Positions 37,590-46,691 of a stretch of DNA of 64,000 bases are shown one piece after another; position 1 is the stretch's first letter, and each line of letters starts with the position of its first letter. The notes beneath the pieces were generated by a model, which was given only the letters and a program-made list of their open reading frames with translations, was not told the DNA's origin and made no database searches. Source of the stretch: an uncultured Candidatus Saccharibacteria bacterium (GTDB taxonomy: Bacteria; Patescibacteriota; Minisyncoccia; Phycocordibacterales; CAYSCM01); the NCBI GenBank assembly GCA_964429815.1, contig CAYSCM010000001.1:352001-416000 (forward strand), written 5' to 3'. The translations under genes were made by a program, and so were the position numbers.

Positions 37590-39269
37590 ATGCCCCAGCG
37601 TATCTTCAATCTTTTTAACCGGGAAGTACGCGGCATACACCAAGCCGCGTACCTCCTCGGTATTTTCGCCATCATCTCTCAGCTTCTCGCGCTCCTGCGC
37701 GACCACCTCCTTGCCGGCGCTTTTGGCGCCGGGGCGACACTCGACCTCTACTACGCCTCGTTCCGACTCCCCGATCTTCTCTTTGCAGGCATCGCTTCGC
37801 TCGTCTCCGTCTACGTCCTTATTCCGTTCTTTTCTCAGAAAGTCGAAGGCGGCGGCGGGGAAGCACGCGCGTTCCTCTCGACCATGCTCACGGGCTATGT
37901 CGCTCTCATCGGCATCGCTTCCCTCATCGTGTTCTTTGCCGCGCCGTACCTCTTGCCCCGAGTGTTTCCCGGCTTCGCCACGCAATCGCACGAGCTCGTG
38001 TTTCTCACGAGACTCCTCCTATTGCAGCCGATACTTCTTGGTCTTTCTTCGCTCATCGGGACCATAACCCAGCACGATCGGAAATTTTTCCTGTACGCGT
38101 TTTCTCCCATTCTCTACAATGTCGGCATTATCCTGGGCATTGCGTTTCTCTACCCGCTCTGGGGCCTTCCTGGGCTCATTGTGGGCGTGATAGTTGGAGC
38201 TCTCATGCACGTGGGAATCCAGGTGCCCTACACGCTCTCGACCGGCTACTTTCCGGTCCTCACGAAAAAGGCTTCGTGGCGGGAGTTTCGTCAGGTCGTC
38301 ACGCTCTCGCTTCCGCGTACCATCGCACTTTCGGCGAACCAGGTAGCGCTTCTCGTCATTGCGACCCTGGCAGGCGGGATTACCGCAGGCTCCATCGCGG
38401 TTTTTAACCTCGCGCTCAACCTGCAATCGGTGCCGCTCTCCGTCATCGGCGTCTCCTATTCCGTCGCAGCTTTCCCGACACTCGCCAGGCTCTTCTCCTT
38501 AGGAGAGCGCGATGCCTTTTTTGCGCAAATCTCTGCCGCGTCGAGGCACATCATCTTCTGGTCTCTTCCAACACTCTCTCTCTTTATCGTGCTGCGCGCC
38601 CAGATCGTCCGCACCATCCTTGGCTCCGGCGCGTTCAACTGGAATGACACCCGCCTCACTGCCGCCGCAGTTGCCATTTTCGTCGTCTCTCTCTTGGCGC
38701 AGGGGCTGGTCCTTCTCATCGTGCGTGGCTACTACGCCGCCGGGCGTACTGCGGTGCCTCTTATCATCAATGTGGGCTCCGCGCTCCTCTCCATCGTCTT
38801 TTCCCTCTACTTTTTGTACTTGTTCCGTTCGTCTCCCGCGTTCGCCTCTTTCACCGAGTCGCTCCTGCGCGTTTCGGGAATCGAAGGGACAGCTGTTCTC
38901 ATGCTCCCCTTGGGGTACATGCTCGCCCAGATCGGGAACGCCGTGGCGCTCTTTCTTCTTTTTGAGCGGGACTTTCGACGCTTTGCCAGCGAGCTCCTCT
39001 CAGGGAGCCTCCAGAGCTTCTGCGCCGCTGTCGTTATGGGGCTTGTCGCCTACCTCCTCCTCAATATCTTCGATACCGTTTTTGACATAACCACGTTTGT
39101 CGGTATATTTTCCCAGGGACTATTCTCCGGACTTGGCGCTATCGTCGTGGGCGTTGTCGTGCTGTGGGTCCTTCGGAACCAGGAACTCTCCGAGATTGCC
39201 GGCTCGCTACGCTCACGCATATTCACCGCTCCCGCTACGGCTCCCGATGAGATAGAGCCTACCGTCTAG
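37590..39269 (+). CDS. murJ: lipid II flippase MurJ (MviN family)
   Basis: 559 aa, 14 TM; N-terminal LLALLRDHLLAGAFGAG...LDLYYASFRLPDLLF typical MurJ. Confidence 0.85.
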   Translation: MPQRIFNLFNREVRGIHQAAYLLGIFAIISQLLALLRDHLLAGAFGAGATLDLYYASFRLPDLLFAGIASLVSVYVLIPFFSQKVEGGGGEARAFLSTMLTGYVALIGIASLIVFFAAPYLLPRVFPGFATQSHELVFLTRLLLLQPILLGLSSLIGTITQHDRKFFLYAFSPILYNVGIILGIAFLYPLWGLPGLIVGVIVGALMHVGIQVPYTLSTGYFPVLTKKASWREFRQVVTLSLPRTIALSANQVALLVIATLAGGITAGSIAVFNLALNLQSVPLSVIGVSYSVAAFPTLARLFSLGERDAFFAQISAASRHIIFWSLPTLSLFIVLRAQIVRTILGSGAFNWNDTRLTAAAVAIFVVSLLAQGLVLLIVRGYYAAGRTAVPLIINVGSALLSIVFSLYFLYLFRSSPAFASFTESLLRVSGIEGTAVLMLPLGYMLAQIGNAVALFLLFERDFRRFASELLSGSLQSFCAAVVMGLVAYLLLNIFDTVFDITTFVGIFSQGLFSGLGAIVVGVVVLWVLRNQELSEIAGSLRSRIFTAPATAPDEIEPTV

Positions 39270-39291
39270 GGGCTCCGGAATCCCCCCGTGT

Positions 39292-41085
39292 ATGGACGCT
39301 ATACGTAATTTTTCCATTATCGCTCACATTGACCACGGCAAGTCGACGCTCGCCGACCGCTTTTTGGAGCTGACCGGCACCATTGAAAAGCGGAAGATGA
39401 AAGACCAAGTGCTCGACTCAATGGAGCTTGAACGGGAGCGCGGCATTACGATAAAAATGCAGCCAGTGCGCATGCGACATAGCATTGGAAGCGCCGAATA
39501 CGTGCTCAATCTTATCGACACACCCGGGCATATCGATTTCTCCTACGAAGTCTCGCGCGCCCTTCGCGCCGTCGAAGGTGCGCTCCTCCTAGTCGACGCA
39601 ACCCAGGGCGTGCAGGCACAAACGCTCACCACGCTCGGAATGGCGCGTGAACAAGGGCTCGTCATCGTACCGGTCGTCTCGAAGATAGATTCCCCACTTG
39701 CACGTTCCGATGAAGTAAAGCTCGAGCTTGCGAACCTTCTTAGCGTCTCGCCGGAGGATGTGCTGGCCGTTTCCGGGCGCACGGGGGAAGGAGTGAGAGA
39801 GCTTCTCGACGCCATCGTCGCGCGCATTCCGCCGCCCAGGTGCAAATTCAGCGGCAAGGACGATTTTCGCGGCCTGGTGTTCGATTTCAAGTACAGCAAC
39901 CATCGGGGCATCATTGTGTACTTGCGTGTGTTCGATGGAGAAGTGGCGAGGAATACTCCGCTTATGTTCCGTGCGGCGAATCGGAGCTTTGTCGCTGCCG
40001 AGGTCGGTATTTTCACTCCGGAAGAGTTGCCAAAAGAGGAGCTCACGGCAGGGGAGATAGGCTACATCGTCACTGGCATCAAAGAGCCAGGTGTCGCCTC
40101 CGTCGGCGACACCCTTGCACGAAGCCCTTCAAAGGTTCCGACACTTCCCGGCTATTTGACTCCTGCACCGGTGGTGTGGGCTTCGGTGTATCCCGAGAGC
40201 CAAGACGATTTCGATTATTTACGACAGGCGCTCCTGCGACTGCGGCTCTCCGATTCCTCGCTCTCCTACGAGGAGGAATCATCGGGGAATCTTGGCAGGG
40301 GTTTCCGATGCGGATTTCTCGGCATGCTCCACCTCGAGATCGTGACTGAGCGCCTCAAGCGTGAATTTAATCTCTCTCTTGTTATTACGACACCGACCAT
40401 CGCTTATGAGGTTGAGACGTCCGATAAAAAAATACAGACCATTTATTCGCCGGCGCGCTTTCCCGCTGACGGACGGATAGCGCAGATCCGGGAACCGTGG
40501 GTCAAAGTGACGCTCTTTTGCCCGCCGGAGTACGTAAGTAATGTCATGCAGCTCCTCTACGACCACGAAGCGCAGCTCGGGGATTCGGAAACCTGGAGCG
40601 ACGGGCGCACCAAGATGACGGTACGGATGCCGATGCGTGAGCTCATGCGCAACTTCTTCGATAAGATAAAAAGCGTTTCCTCCGGCTTCGCCTCGCTCTC
40701 CTACGAGATAGAGGGGATGCGGATCGCGGACGTCGTGAAGCTCGAGATTCTCGTCGCGGAGGAAGTCATCCCCGCGTTCTCGCGCATCGTCTCACGTAGG
40801 AAAGTTGAGCACGAGGCGCAAGACGCGGTGGAGAAGCTCCACAAAGTGCTCCCGCGACAGCTTTTCGTCACCAAAATCCAGGGAAAGGCGATGGGGCGCA
40901 TCATCGCATCGCGGACCCTCTCAGCGCTGCGCAAGGACGTCACAGGATACCTCTACGGCGGCGATATCACCCGTAAGATGAAACTCCTTGAAAAACAGAA
41001 AAAGGGAAAGAAAAAAATGAAAGAACACGGCCGCGTAAACATCCCGCAGGACGTGTTTCTCAAAATGATCAAGCAAGAGGAGTAG
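39292..41085 (+). CDS. lepA: elongation factor 4 (LepA)
   Basis: IRNFSIIAHIDHGKSTLADR G1, DTPGHIDF G3, LepA C-terminal domain. Confidence 0.95.
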   Translation: MDAIRNFSIIAHIDHGKSTLADRFLELTGTIEKRKMKDQVLDSMELERERGITIKMQPVRMRHSIGSAEYVLNLIDTPGHIDFSYEVSRALRAVEGALLLVDATQGVQAQTLTTLGMAREQGLVIVPVVSKIDSPLARSDEVKLELANLLSVSPEDVLAVSGRTGEGVRELLDAIVARIPPPRCKFSGKDDFRGLVFDFKYSNHRGIIVYLRVFDGEVARNTPLMFRAANRSFVAAEVGIFTPEELPKEELTAGEIGYIVTGIKEPGVASVGDTLARSPSKVPTLPGYLTPAPVVWASVYPESQDDFDYLRQALLRLRLSDSSLSYEEESSGNLGRGFRCGFLGMLHLEIVTERLKREFNLSLVITTPTIAYEVETSDKKIQTIYSPARFPADGRIAQIREPWVKVTLFCPPEYVSNVMQLLYDHEAQLGDSETWSDGRTKMTVRMPMRELMRNFFDKIKSVSSGFASLSYEIEGMRIADVVKLEILVAEEVIPAFSRIVSRRKVEHEAQDAVEKLHKVLPRQLFVTKIQGKAMGRIIASRTLSALRKDVTGYLYGGDITRKMKLLEKQKKGKKKMKEHGRVNIPQDVFLKMIKQEE

Positions 41086-41090
41086 TTTCC

Positions 41091-41195
41091 TAGCGGAATG
41101 CCGGGAAGTAGAGGAGCACCATCGAGACGATGATGATTACCGAGAGGGTGATCCAGATCGCCTTGAAAGCCGCTTTCGTACGCTTGTCGAACATG
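41091..41195 (-). CDS. candidate 34-aa small membrane protein
   Basis: Minus-strand MFDKRTKAAFKAIWITLSVIIIVSMVLLYFPAFR*; not in ORF track (under 60 aa); one clean TM. Confidence 0.25.
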
Positions 41196-41212
41196 ATGGT
41201 AGACTAGCACAT

Positions 41213-41590
41213 ATGTTGCGTCCCCGTGAAGTAAGCCCTTGGAAGAAGCTCCTCTTCAGCTACCCGACGCTCTTTCTTCTCATCCTCCTCGTGGCACTTC
41301 TCTTCCGCTCGGTGTATCTCGCGTATCTTCGGGAGCGGGCAACAGCGAAGCTCCTTTCCGAGCGTCGCAACGAATTAAACCAGGTCGAAACGCGGGTAGC
41401 TGCGGTCGCGGAGAGGGTCAGGCAACTCAACACACCACGCGGGGTCGAGGAGGAGGTGCGCTCGCGTTTCCAGGTTGCAAAGCCGGGCGAGAAAGTTATA
41501 GTCATCGTTGACCAAGATGCAACGTCTACGGCCGCTTCAGCCGACACAGCTCGGTTCTGGTCGCGGGTAAAAAAGTTTTTTGGTTTCTAA
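41213..41590 (+). CDS. septum formation initiator family protein (FtsB/DivIC-like)
   Basis: Short cytoplasmic N-terminus, single TM, coiled-coil (LRERATAKLLSERRNELNQVETRVAAVAERVRQL). Confidence 0.6.
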   Translation: MLRPREVSPWKKLLFSYPTLFLLILLVALLFRSVYLAYLRERATAKLLSERRNELNQVETRVAAVAERVRQLNTPRGVEEEVRSRFQVAKPGEKVIVIVDQDATSTAASADTARFWSRVKKFFGF

Positions 41591-41600
41591 GGAGAAAGCG

Positions 41601-41671
41601 GGATTAGTTTAGTGGCAAAATGAATGCTTCCCAAGCATTAGTCACCGGTCCGATTCCGGTATCCCGCACAA
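41601..41671 (+). tRNA. tRNA-Gly (anticodon CCC), non-canonical T-loop
   Basis: Acceptor GCGGGAT/ATCCCGC, D-loop GG, anticodon stem aatgc/gcatt loop ttCCCaa, T-stem accgg/ccggt; T-loop is tccgatt rather than TTCRAAT. Confidence 0.6.
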
Positions 41672-41741
41672 AATAAGGCTATTTTGCCAAATGTATCCAC
41701 AGGGGAGAGCGTGATATACTAAAAATCCCTAAGAAAATGAT

Positions 41742-41993
41742 ATGAAACCTGTCACTATGTACAGCACGCCGACCTGCCACTTTTGTCACATGGCAAAGGA
41801 TTTTTTCAGAGAGCACAACGTGCCGTTCACGGACTACAACGTGGCGACTGATCTCGTAAAACGCAAGGAGATGATAGAGCGATCTCGCCAGATGGGAGTG
41901 CCGGTCATATTCATAGGCGATGAGATGATCATCGGCTTTAACCAGGAACGCATCGAAAAAGCTCTCGGCCTCACCGCAAAAACCGCCCTCTAG
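41742..41993 (+). CDS. glutaredoxin-like protein (NrdH/YruB family)
   Basis: 83 aa; CHFC active site; extended -10 (TGaTATACT) just upstream. Confidence 0.8.
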   Translation: MKPVTMYSTPTCHFCHMAKDFFREHNVPFTDYNVATDLVKRKEMIERSRQMGVPVIFIGDEMIIGFNQERIEKALGLTAKTAL

Positions 41994-42004
41994 GGCGGTT
42001 TTTG
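41978..42004 (+). terminator. rho-independent terminator
   Basis: aaaaccgccctctagggcggttttt. Confidence 0.7.
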
Positions 42005-42037
42005 CTTTGCAGACCAGCGTGCTAGTGTTTTTGCATT

Positions 42038-42109
42038 GCCTCCGTAGTTCAATGGATAGAACGGACCCGTCCTAAGGGTTTGATGTCAGTTCGATTCTGG
42101 CCGGAGGCG
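42038..42109 (+). tRNA. tRNA-Arg (anticodon CCT)
   Basis: Acceptor GCCTCCG/CGGAGGC, D-arm gttc-aatggata-gaac, anticodon loop gtCCTaa, T-arm gtcag-ttcgatt-ctggc, discriminator G. Confidence 0.82.
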
Positions 42110-42133
42110 CAGGAAGGACGCTATACTTACAGT

Positions 42134-42457
42134 ATGCCTCCCATTGGCCCCGAGCAGGGGTATCTCAAGGAAATTTATACGCTCACGAAAGAAAATAACC
42201 GCATGCTTAAGCGCATGAGGCGCAGCTCTATCTTTTGGGGCGTCGTTAAGTTTCTCTGGTGGGTTTTCCTTCTCATCGTCCTTCCAGTTCTCCTCTATCA
42301 GTACTACATCGCACCCTTCGTCGATCAGGCACAGCATACCTATCAGAGTGTTCAGCAAGGAGCGAATCAGGTGCAGAATTTTCAGCAGTACCTCACTAAG
42401 CTTCTCCACGACACCCTTGCCAGGTTTGGATTCGGGTCGAGTTCCTCGGGAAACTAG
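42134..42457 (+). CDS. hypothetical membrane protein with Q-rich C-terminus
   Basis: 107 aa from ATG 42134 (ORF-track N-terminus overlaps tRNA-Arg and was trimmed); TM WGVVKFLWWVFLLIVLPVLLY. Confidence 0.45.
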   Translation: MPPIGPEQGYLKEIYTLTKENNRMLKRMRRSSIFWGVVKFLWWVFLLIVLPVLLYQYYIAPFVDQAQHTYQSVQQGANQVQNFQQYLTKLLHDTLARFGFGSSSSGN

Positions 42458-42493
42458 CACGGAGAAAAATTTTGCGGTAAGGTATTCAGGTTC

Positions 42494-42566
42494 GCCGAGG
42501 TAGCTCAGTTGGTAGAGCATTTGTCTGAAGAACAAAGGGTCGCCGGTTCGATCCCGGCCCTCGGCA
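42494..42566 (+). tRNA. tRNA-Phe (anticodon GAA)
   Basis: Acceptor GCCGAGG/CCTCGGC, D-arm gctc-agttggta-gagc, anticodon stem tttgt/acaaa loop ctGAAga, T-arm gccgg-ttcgatc-ccggc, discriminator A. Confidence 0.9.
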
Positions 42567-42573
42567 CAAAATT
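42552..42573 (+). repeat. direct repeat copy 1 (tRNA-Phe 3' end, tcccggccctcggcacaaaatt)
   Basis: 22-bp segment spanning the tRNA-Phe T-stem 3' side, acceptor 3' strand, discriminator and 7 nt beyond; repeated identically at 42735-42756. Confidence 0.9.
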
Positions 42574-42734
42574 GAAATTGCCTGGACTGGCTCCAGGCAA
42601 TTTCAACTTCTGATGAGGGATCGAACCTGGAAGGGGTCGGGAAACGGGAGTTTCCCGTCGAGGAAAACAGCGAGCTTGCGAGCGTTAGAAACCGCGGGTT
42701 TCTAAAGAGCTGCGCAGCAGCTCAGGAGTGAGAT

Positions 42735-42756
42735 TCCCGGCCCTCGGCACAAAATT
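42735..42756 (+). repeat. direct repeat copy 2 (tRNA-Phe 3' end)
   Basis: Identical 22-mer 183 bp downstream of copy 1. Confidence 0.9.
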
Positions 42757-42827
42757 ATGGGTTGTTTTTTACAAACCTAGTCTGTATTTACGTCGGCACC
42801 ATAGGGTGGCCAGAAAGGAAGGTTGCT

Positions 42828-43136
42828 ATGGACCATAGCAATCATCAAGTACAAGAGCGTAACCATCAGGCATGTGCCCACGGCATGTGTCTGAATCACG
42901 ACCCGCAATGGGAGAAGGCAGAAGAAAGGCACTTCGAGCCTCGCCCGATGTGGTTCGGCCTCTATCAGGTCTATTGGACCGTACGTTGCTGCGGAAAGGC
43001 GATGAGGCGGGTTAAGGAAGTGATCACTCAACGATGCGCGAAGTGCGGCAGGTTTGGCGAAAAAGTTACAAAGTGGGAAATTGCACTTTGCTCCTGCTGC
43101 GGTCATCACGTAGATATGGGCGGTAGCTCACTGTGA
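42828..43136 (+). CDS. hypothetical His/Cys-rich small protein (putative metal-binding, zinc-ribbon-like C-terminus)
   Basis: 102 aa from ATG 42828 (aggaagg SD); MDHSNHQVQERNHQACAHGMCLNHD... CCGK... CAKCGRF... CSCCGHH; lower GC than neighbours. Confidence 0.45.
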   Translation: MDHSNHQVQERNHQACAHGMCLNHDPQWEKAEERHFEPRPMWFGLYQVYWTVRCCGKAMRRVKEVITQRCAKCGRFGEKVTKWEIALCSCCGHHVDMGGSSL

Positions 43137-43143
43137 ACTCGAA

Positions 43144-43172
43144 GGCCCGGACGTTGTCCGGGCCTTTCAATC
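43144..43172. terminator. bidirectional hairpin terminator between convergent genes
   Basis: ggcccggacgttgtccgggcc + tttcaatc. Confidence 0.6.
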
Positions 43173-43178
43173 TTTACA

Positions 43179-43664
43179 TTAGTTCGATCTCACTTTGAGT
43201 TTTGTCTGGCGAGCCTTATCGATCTTTGGGAGTTTGATGATGAGCACGCCGTGCTTCTCTACCGCCTCTGCTTCCTCGCAATCCACTTCGGCAGGAAGGA
43301 GTATAGTACGTGAGAAGGCGCCCCAGTAGAGCTCGCGGTGGAAATAGTTTTCATCCATGACCTCCTTGGCCTCTTCGCGCCGCCCCTTTATGGTCACCAT
43401 ATCGCGGGTGATGGCGATGTCGAGGTCCTCGGGACGCACGCCGGCGACGATGGCCTTGATGACGATAGACTCCGGCGTCTGGTACATGTCCACCGTGAGC
43501 TCCCCGACCGCCTCGTCCTCTTCAGCACTGGAAGAAGCAGAAGTTGGGCGCTCGTCACGGGAAGCTCTGGAGGGGGATATGCGGCGCTCTTCTTCAAACG
43601 CATCGTACTCGTCCACGTTGACCGAGCCGGTGAGTCTTTCAAAAAATGATCGTCCACGTGCCAT
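43179..43664 (-). CDS. Hsp20/alpha-crystallin family small heat-shock protein
   Basis: 161 aa; alpha-crystallin domain, Ser/Glu-rich N-terminus. Confidence 0.88.
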   Translation of the reverse strand: MARGRSFFERLTGSVNVDEYDAFEEERRISPSRASRDERPTSASSSAEEDEAVGELTVDMYQTPESIVIKAIVAGVRPEDLDIAITRDMVTIKGRREEAKEVMDENYFHRELYWGAFSRTILLPAEVDCEEAEAVEKHGVLIIKLPKIDKARQTKLKVRSN

Positions 43665-43679
43665 GATTGTTTTTTTTGT

Positions 43680-44381
43680 TTACCCTACGCGGGTCCGAGG
43701 AGCCCGCAGGCGCTTTATATGTTCGAGGGTGAGGAAGAGGAATATTATCCCGACCCACACTCCGACGAACACGGAGAGCGTCTGGCTTCCGTTGGTCTGA
43801 ATTATAAGAAAATTGAAGAGCGTGTGCAAGAAAACGGCCAGGATAAGTCCCCCGGTGAGAAAAAGGAGGCGGACGCGATACGGGCGATAAAAAGAGAACG
43901 CCATAAAAACGCCGACGGTAGCGGAGGAGAGCACGTGAAGGAGCGAAGCTCCGAGGAAACGGAGATTTCCGGTGAGGATGGTATGGGAGAGTGAGCCTCC
44001 CGCAAGAGGGTCAAGAAGAAAAAAGGTATTCTCAAGAGCAGCGAAGCCGAGCGCAACCGTGATCATGTAGATGGGCGCGTCTATCGGTTCGTCGAACGCA
44101 CGACGGTGCAGGTCGATTATGTGCATAGCCTGAAATTTGGTGAATTCCTCTATCGCGGCCCAGGCGAGCACGATGAGAAGGCCCGGGGGAAGCCATAGCT
44201 GCGCGTAGTGCTCGAAGGGGATGACAAGCGGAACGCAGAGCATCCCGCCGAAAAAGGAGAGAGCGATGAATTTCTTCGGCTCGGGGTGGAGGCGGTCTTC
44301 CTTAAGCCAAAACCACAGCCACAAAAGGGCGGGGAGGAGCCCCCCGAGGAACGCGATGAGGATATTTTGAAGGGAAAACAT
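43680..44381 (-). CDS. PrsW-family intramembrane metalloprotease
   Basis: 233 aa polytopic; EEFTKF (EExxK), FAALEN (FxxxE), HTLFN (HxxxN) motifs. Confidence 0.72.
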   Translation of the reverse strand: MFSLQNILIAFLGGLLPALLWLWFWLKEDRLHPEPKKFIALSFFGGMLCVPLVIPFEHYAQLWLPPGLLIVLAWAAIEEFTKFQAMHIIDLHRRAFDEPIDAPIYMITVALGFAALENTFFLLDPLAGGSLSHTILTGNLRFLGASLLHVLSSATVGVFMAFSFYRPYRVRLLFLTGGLILAVFLHTLFNFLIIQTNGSQTLSVFVGVWVGIIFLFLTLEHIKRLRAPRTRVG

Positions 44382-44384
44382 ACC

Positions 44385-46595
44385 CTATGCCTCATCTCTC
44401 GTTGCCGACACGGCTTCTTCCGTGCCCGGCCAGCGCTCCATCATGAGAAGCTCTCCGGAGCCACCGGGTAGCAGCGAGTGAATCTCTTCGGTAATAAAAG
44501 GCATGAAGGGGTGGAGAAGTTTGAGGAGTTTGGTCAGTATCTGGTAGAGCGCCCACGACCGTGCGCTCTTATGCTGAGAGGCGCCCTCTTTGAGGATGGA
44601 CTTGCTTTCTTCGAGTATAACATCAGCGAGCGTATGCCACGTGTAGTGGTAGAGCTTTTCAGCGGCAAGGTAGAGGCGGTACCCCTCGATGTCGGCCGTC
44701 ACGTCCTGCGCGAGATCTTCGAGCTGTCGGAGGTACGAAGCCTCCGCCGCAGAGAGCTCGGGAACCTCCTCGCCAAGCACCCCTTCTTGGAGATTTTCGA
44801 GAACGAAGCGGCTGATGTTCCAGAGCTTGTTTGCGAAGTGCTTATAGCCCTTTATTTTGTCCTCGGAAAGTTTTATGTCCGTCCCAGGCGCTGCGCCAAC
44901 GACAAGGGAAAGGCGCGTCGCATCGGCACCATATTTTTCTATCATCTCCACCGGGTCGATGATATTGCCGAGTGACTTACTCATCTTTTTTCCGTTTTTG
45001 TCGCGCACGAGCCCATGGAGGTACACAGCCCTGAAGGGTATCTGTCCCATGTGAAAGCCGGCCATAAGCACCATGCGTGCGACCCAGAAAAAGAGTATGT
45101 CGTAGCCGGTCTCGAGCACCGAGGTCGGGTGGTAGAGCTTGAGATCCTCCGTTCCCTTCGGCCAGCCGAGCGTTGAAAAGGTCCACAGTCCCGAGGAGAA
45201 CCAGGTGTCGAGGGTGTCTGGGTCCTGTTCCCATCCCGCTCCCTCGGGAGCCGAGACCCCCACGTAGCGCTCAGAATCGCGGTACCAGACAGGGATGCGG
45301 TGGCCGAACCATATCTGGCGGGAAATGCACCAAGGGCGCAGGTTGTCTATCCAGTGGAAGTAGGTTTTACCGAAGTACTCCGGAAGGATGGAGATAGCGC
45401 CCTGCGCGACGGCAGTGCGCATAAGTTCTTTGAGCGAGAGTTCAGCTCCCGACCCGATGCCGAAGATCTGTGAGTGCACGATGCGGAAAGGTTTATCGAC
45501 ATCGACGAACCACTGTTCCTTTATCTGCGGTTCAATGATGCCGCCGCCGCGGCTATTAGTCGCGACATTGTGAACGTAACCCTCGTCGACCTTTTCGAGG
45601 AGTCCCTTCTCCTTCAGCTTCTCGACTATTTTTGGACGTGCTTTTTTTATGTGGAGCCCTGCGAATTCTCCCGCGAGGCGAAGAAGCTTCCCCTTTTCAT
45701 CGATGATTTGCTCCTTATCGAGCTTGTGGCGCTCGGCTATCTCAAAGTCGATGAGGTCATGCCACGGAGTGATGGTCATGACACCGGTACCAAATTCCAT
45801 CGAGGCGGCGGCATCCTTGATGATGGTCGCCGTCACCGGGCCGTTTATCCATTCGAGCTCGAGCGTATCGCCGTGGCGGTAGTTCGCATAACGAGCATCG
45901 TCAGGATGCATTACAACGTACTTATCACCGAATTTAGTTTCGGGACGCGCGGTCGTGATGGTGAAGGGGCCGTACTTAAGATGGTAGAGCGGCTCCTTTT
46001 TCTCCACCCACTCGATCTCGTCATCGGAAACGGTCGTCTGAAATTCAGGATCCCAATTGACGATGCGTGCTCCGCGGAAAATGAGCCCAGCCTCGTACAT
46101 CCGCACGAACGCTTCCATGACGGCCCGGTAACGCTTCTCGTCCATGGTGTAGGCATAGCGGCTCCAATCGAGTGAGCTTCCCATACGGCGAAGCTGCGCG
46201 ATGATGGTCGCCTTACTCTCCTCAGTGAACTCATCGATACGCCGCAGAAGCTCCTCGCGACCGATGTCGTGGCGGGTTTTCTTCTCCTTCTTGTACACCA
46301 TGTCCTCTACCTTCGACTGCGTCGCGATGGCCGCTGAGTCCGTGCCGGGTACCCAGAGCGTTTTAAAACCCCGCATGCGCTTGTAGCGGATGAGGATATC
46401 CTCGATGGCGAGCATCGCCGCGTGTCCCATGTGGAGGGTGCCGGTGACGTTGGGAGGGGGAAGGACTATTGAGTACGGCTCCTTGTGGCTCTTGGGGAGA
46501 TTGTCAGGGTTGAAGTAGCCCGAATCCTCCCATTTTTTATAGATTTCAGGCTCCGTTTCCTTGGGGTTGTAGGGCTTAAGGAATTTCTGGTTCAC
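44385..46595 (-). CDS. valS: valine--tRNA ligase (short form lacking C-terminal coiled-coil)
   Basis: PPPNVTGTLHMGHA (HIGH), KMSKSLGN (KMSKS), editing domain; 736 aa. Confidence 0.9.
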   Translation of the reverse strand: MNQKFLKPYNPKETEPEIYKKWEDSGYFNPDNLPKSHKEPYSIVLPPPNVTGTLHMGHAAMLAIEDILIRYKRMRGFKTLWVPGTDSAAIATQSKVEDMVYKKEKKTRHDIGREELLRRIDEFTEESKATIIAQLRRMGSSLDWSRYAYTMDEKRYRAVMEAFVRMYEAGLIFRGARIVNWDPEFQTTVSDDEIEWVEKKEPLYHLKYGPFTITTARPETKFGDKYVVMHPDDARYANYRHGDTLELEWINGPVTATIIKDAAASMEFGTGVMTITPWHDLIDFEIAERHKLDKEQIIDEKGKLLRLAGEFAGLHIKKARPKIVEKLKEKGLLEKVDEGYVHNVATNSRGGGIIEPQIKEQWFVDVDKPFRIVHSQIFGIGSGAELSLKELMRTAVAQGAISILPEYFGKTYFHWIDNLRPWCISRQIWFGHRIPVWYRDSERYVGVSAPEGAGWEQDPDTLDTWFSSGLWTFSTLGWPKGTEDLKLYHPTSVLETGYDILFFWVARMVLMAGFHMGQIPFRAVYLHGLVRDKNGKKMSKSLGNIIDPVEMIEKYGADATRLSLVVGAAPGTDIKLSEDKIKGYKHFANKLWNISRFVLENLQEGVLGEEVPELSAAEASYLRQLEDLAQDVTADIEGYRLYLAAEKLYHYTWHTLADVILEESKSILKEGASQHKSARSWALYQILTKLLKLLHPFMPFITEEIHSLLPGGSGELLMMERWPGTEEAVSATRDEA

Positions 46596-46691
46596 CTAAA
46601 AAGTCTAGCAAACTCAACGTATTTTCAAAAGCTATTCACTTTTTTTAGACTTCGGGTAGTCTTTTGCCTAGACCCTTAGCAGGAGAGAAAG

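Noticed and set aside
42609-42662. Hammerhead-ribozyme-like core in the tRNA-Phe spacer: CUGAUGA ... GAAAC, then hairpin acggg-agttt-cccgt, then GUC
   Set aside because: Stem III and the GUC triplet fit, but no stem II can close immediately after CUGAUGA (a G-G clash, extra unpaired G residues), and stem I is only ~3 bp. The CUGAUGA 7-mer is expected several times by chance in 64 kb. Treated as coincidence unless a covariance model says otherwise.
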